A DNA stretch of 64,000 nucleotides, from NCBI GenBank assembly GCA_963753595.1, contig CAVWCX010000001.1:1-64000 (forward strand). Direction: 5' to 3'. This document shows, piece by piece, positions 62,820 to 64,000 of this stretch. Every line of letters starts with the position of its first letter. Within the stretch, counting starts at the first letter, position 1. A model generated the notes under the pieces. The model did not search any database, was not told the DNA's origin, and saw nothing but the letters and a program-made list of their open reading frames with translations. Source of the DNA: Candidatus Methanoperedenaceae archaeon. GTDB taxonomy: Archaea > Halobacteriota > Methanosarcinia > Methanosarcinales > Methanoperedenaceae. The position numbers were made by a program, and so were the translations under genes.

Positions 62820-64000
62820 TCAGATGACCTCCCTCGGGTCTGCGATCTCACCACGAAGCGCGCTTGCAGCCGCAGTTTCAGGCGAAGACAGGTAAATCAA
62901 TCCTCCTGCCCCCATACGTCCTTTGAAGTTCCGGTTGGATGTGGAAAGACACGTCTCGCCTTCACATATTACTCCCTGGTGGGCGCCAAGACACGGCCCG
63001 CATCCGGGCGGCGCAATAACAGCGCCTGCTTTAAGAAGAGTGGAAATTATCCCGGATTCTGTGGCTTTTATGAGTATCGAACGCGAAGCTGGAAGCACGA
63101 TCGTCCTGGTTTTCACCTGCTTTCCATGCAGGATCTTTGCAACTACCTCAAGATCTTCGTACCTGCCATTAGTACAGGAACCTATGAAAACCTGGTCAAG
63201 AGGTGTCCCAACGACTTCGCTTATATTGAAAACATTATCCACTTCATGCGGTTTTGCGATCTGCGGTTCAAGGTTTGTCACATCATAATATAAATCTTCG
63301 AAGTATTTGGCATTGTCATCAGCATAAACCGGTTCATATTTTTCTTTTGCCTTTCCATTCAGAAAAGTGAAAGTTTTCTCATCAGCCGGCACTATGCCGG
63401 TTTTTGCTCCCATTTCTATGGACATATTGCAAAGCGTCATACGCTGCGCCATGGAAAGGTCTTGGATTGTCTCCCCATAATATTCGATGGCTTTATAATT
63501 AGCGCCATCGGTTCCTATGTTTTTGATTATATTAAGTGTCAGGTCTTTTGCCGATACCCCTTTGAAAGCTTTCCTTCTACCGTTATCCTGATAGTCTCTG
63601 GCACTCGAAGCCAGAGTTTTCCTGATGCAAATATCTCTGCCATATCTGTCGCCCCGACACCTGTTGCAAATGCCCCGAACGCCCCGTATGTGCATGAGTG
63701 CGAATCCGCGCCTATTATGAGTTTTCCAGGCAGGGCAAATCCATTTTCAGGAAGCACCTGGTGGCATATACCTTCGCCTATGTCAAAGAAGCTGGTAATT
63801 CCCTGTTCGCGAACCCATTGCCTTATTCCCTGATGCAGTTTGGCGCCGGTATCGGTATGCGCAGGCGTATAGTGATCAAATGGTATGATTATTCGTCCCG
63901 GATCCCATACTTTCTTTACTCCCATCTCCTTAAATGCTTTCACGGCAATAACGCCTGTGCCGTCATGCGCCATCGCATAATCAATATTGGCTATCACAAA
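62820..64000 (-). CDS. leuC: 3-isopropylmalate dehydratase/homoaconitase large subunit; 5'-partial, frameshifted near 63560
   Basis: GICHQ, GADSHSC in one frame; GVSAKD, GSCTNGR, GCGPC.G, SNRNF.GR in another. Confidence 0.88.

Noticed and set aside
62205-63293. 362-aa plus-strand ORF (also 9769-10461, 682-1233, 29605-30075)
   Set aside because: Antisense shadows of well-supported genes.

Overview
Archaeal chromosomal window, most likely from a Methanosarcinales member such as Ca. Methanoperedens (inferred from gatD, aEF-1a/aEF-2/S10, methanogenesis marker 8 and GGTGA-type ribosome-binding sites). 1-14.6 kb is housekeeping: Moco genes, hisI, thrC plus a CysO-like carrier, nnr, gatD and two tRNAs. 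It also holds a 4 x 214-bp tandem array of probable sRNA genes. 14.6-26.8 kb is accessory (detoxification, toxin-antitoxin genes, relics), followed by fusA-tuf-rpsJ. 30.9-44.5 kb is an IS pile-up with five bounded IS copies; two IS1182 copies sit in the loop of the same palindrome family. 44.5-62 kb is a sulfur island: metYXW, small regulators, TusA, a sulfonate-type ABC transporter, HgdAB/DCCP-like Fe-S proteins with their ATP-dependent activator, and two MFS transporters. Top candidate for a new system: three neighbouring genes (49586-, 50177+, 50792+) each start with a short ORF carrying AGA AGG RAT NNN YTT TGY. Their real coding sequence continues in the +1 frame from the Cys codon. This resembles the prfB +1 frameshift cassette with a Cys codon in place of the stop, suggesting cysteine/sulfur-starvation-sensing programmed frameshifting. 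All family calls are from motif recognition only; no searches were run.
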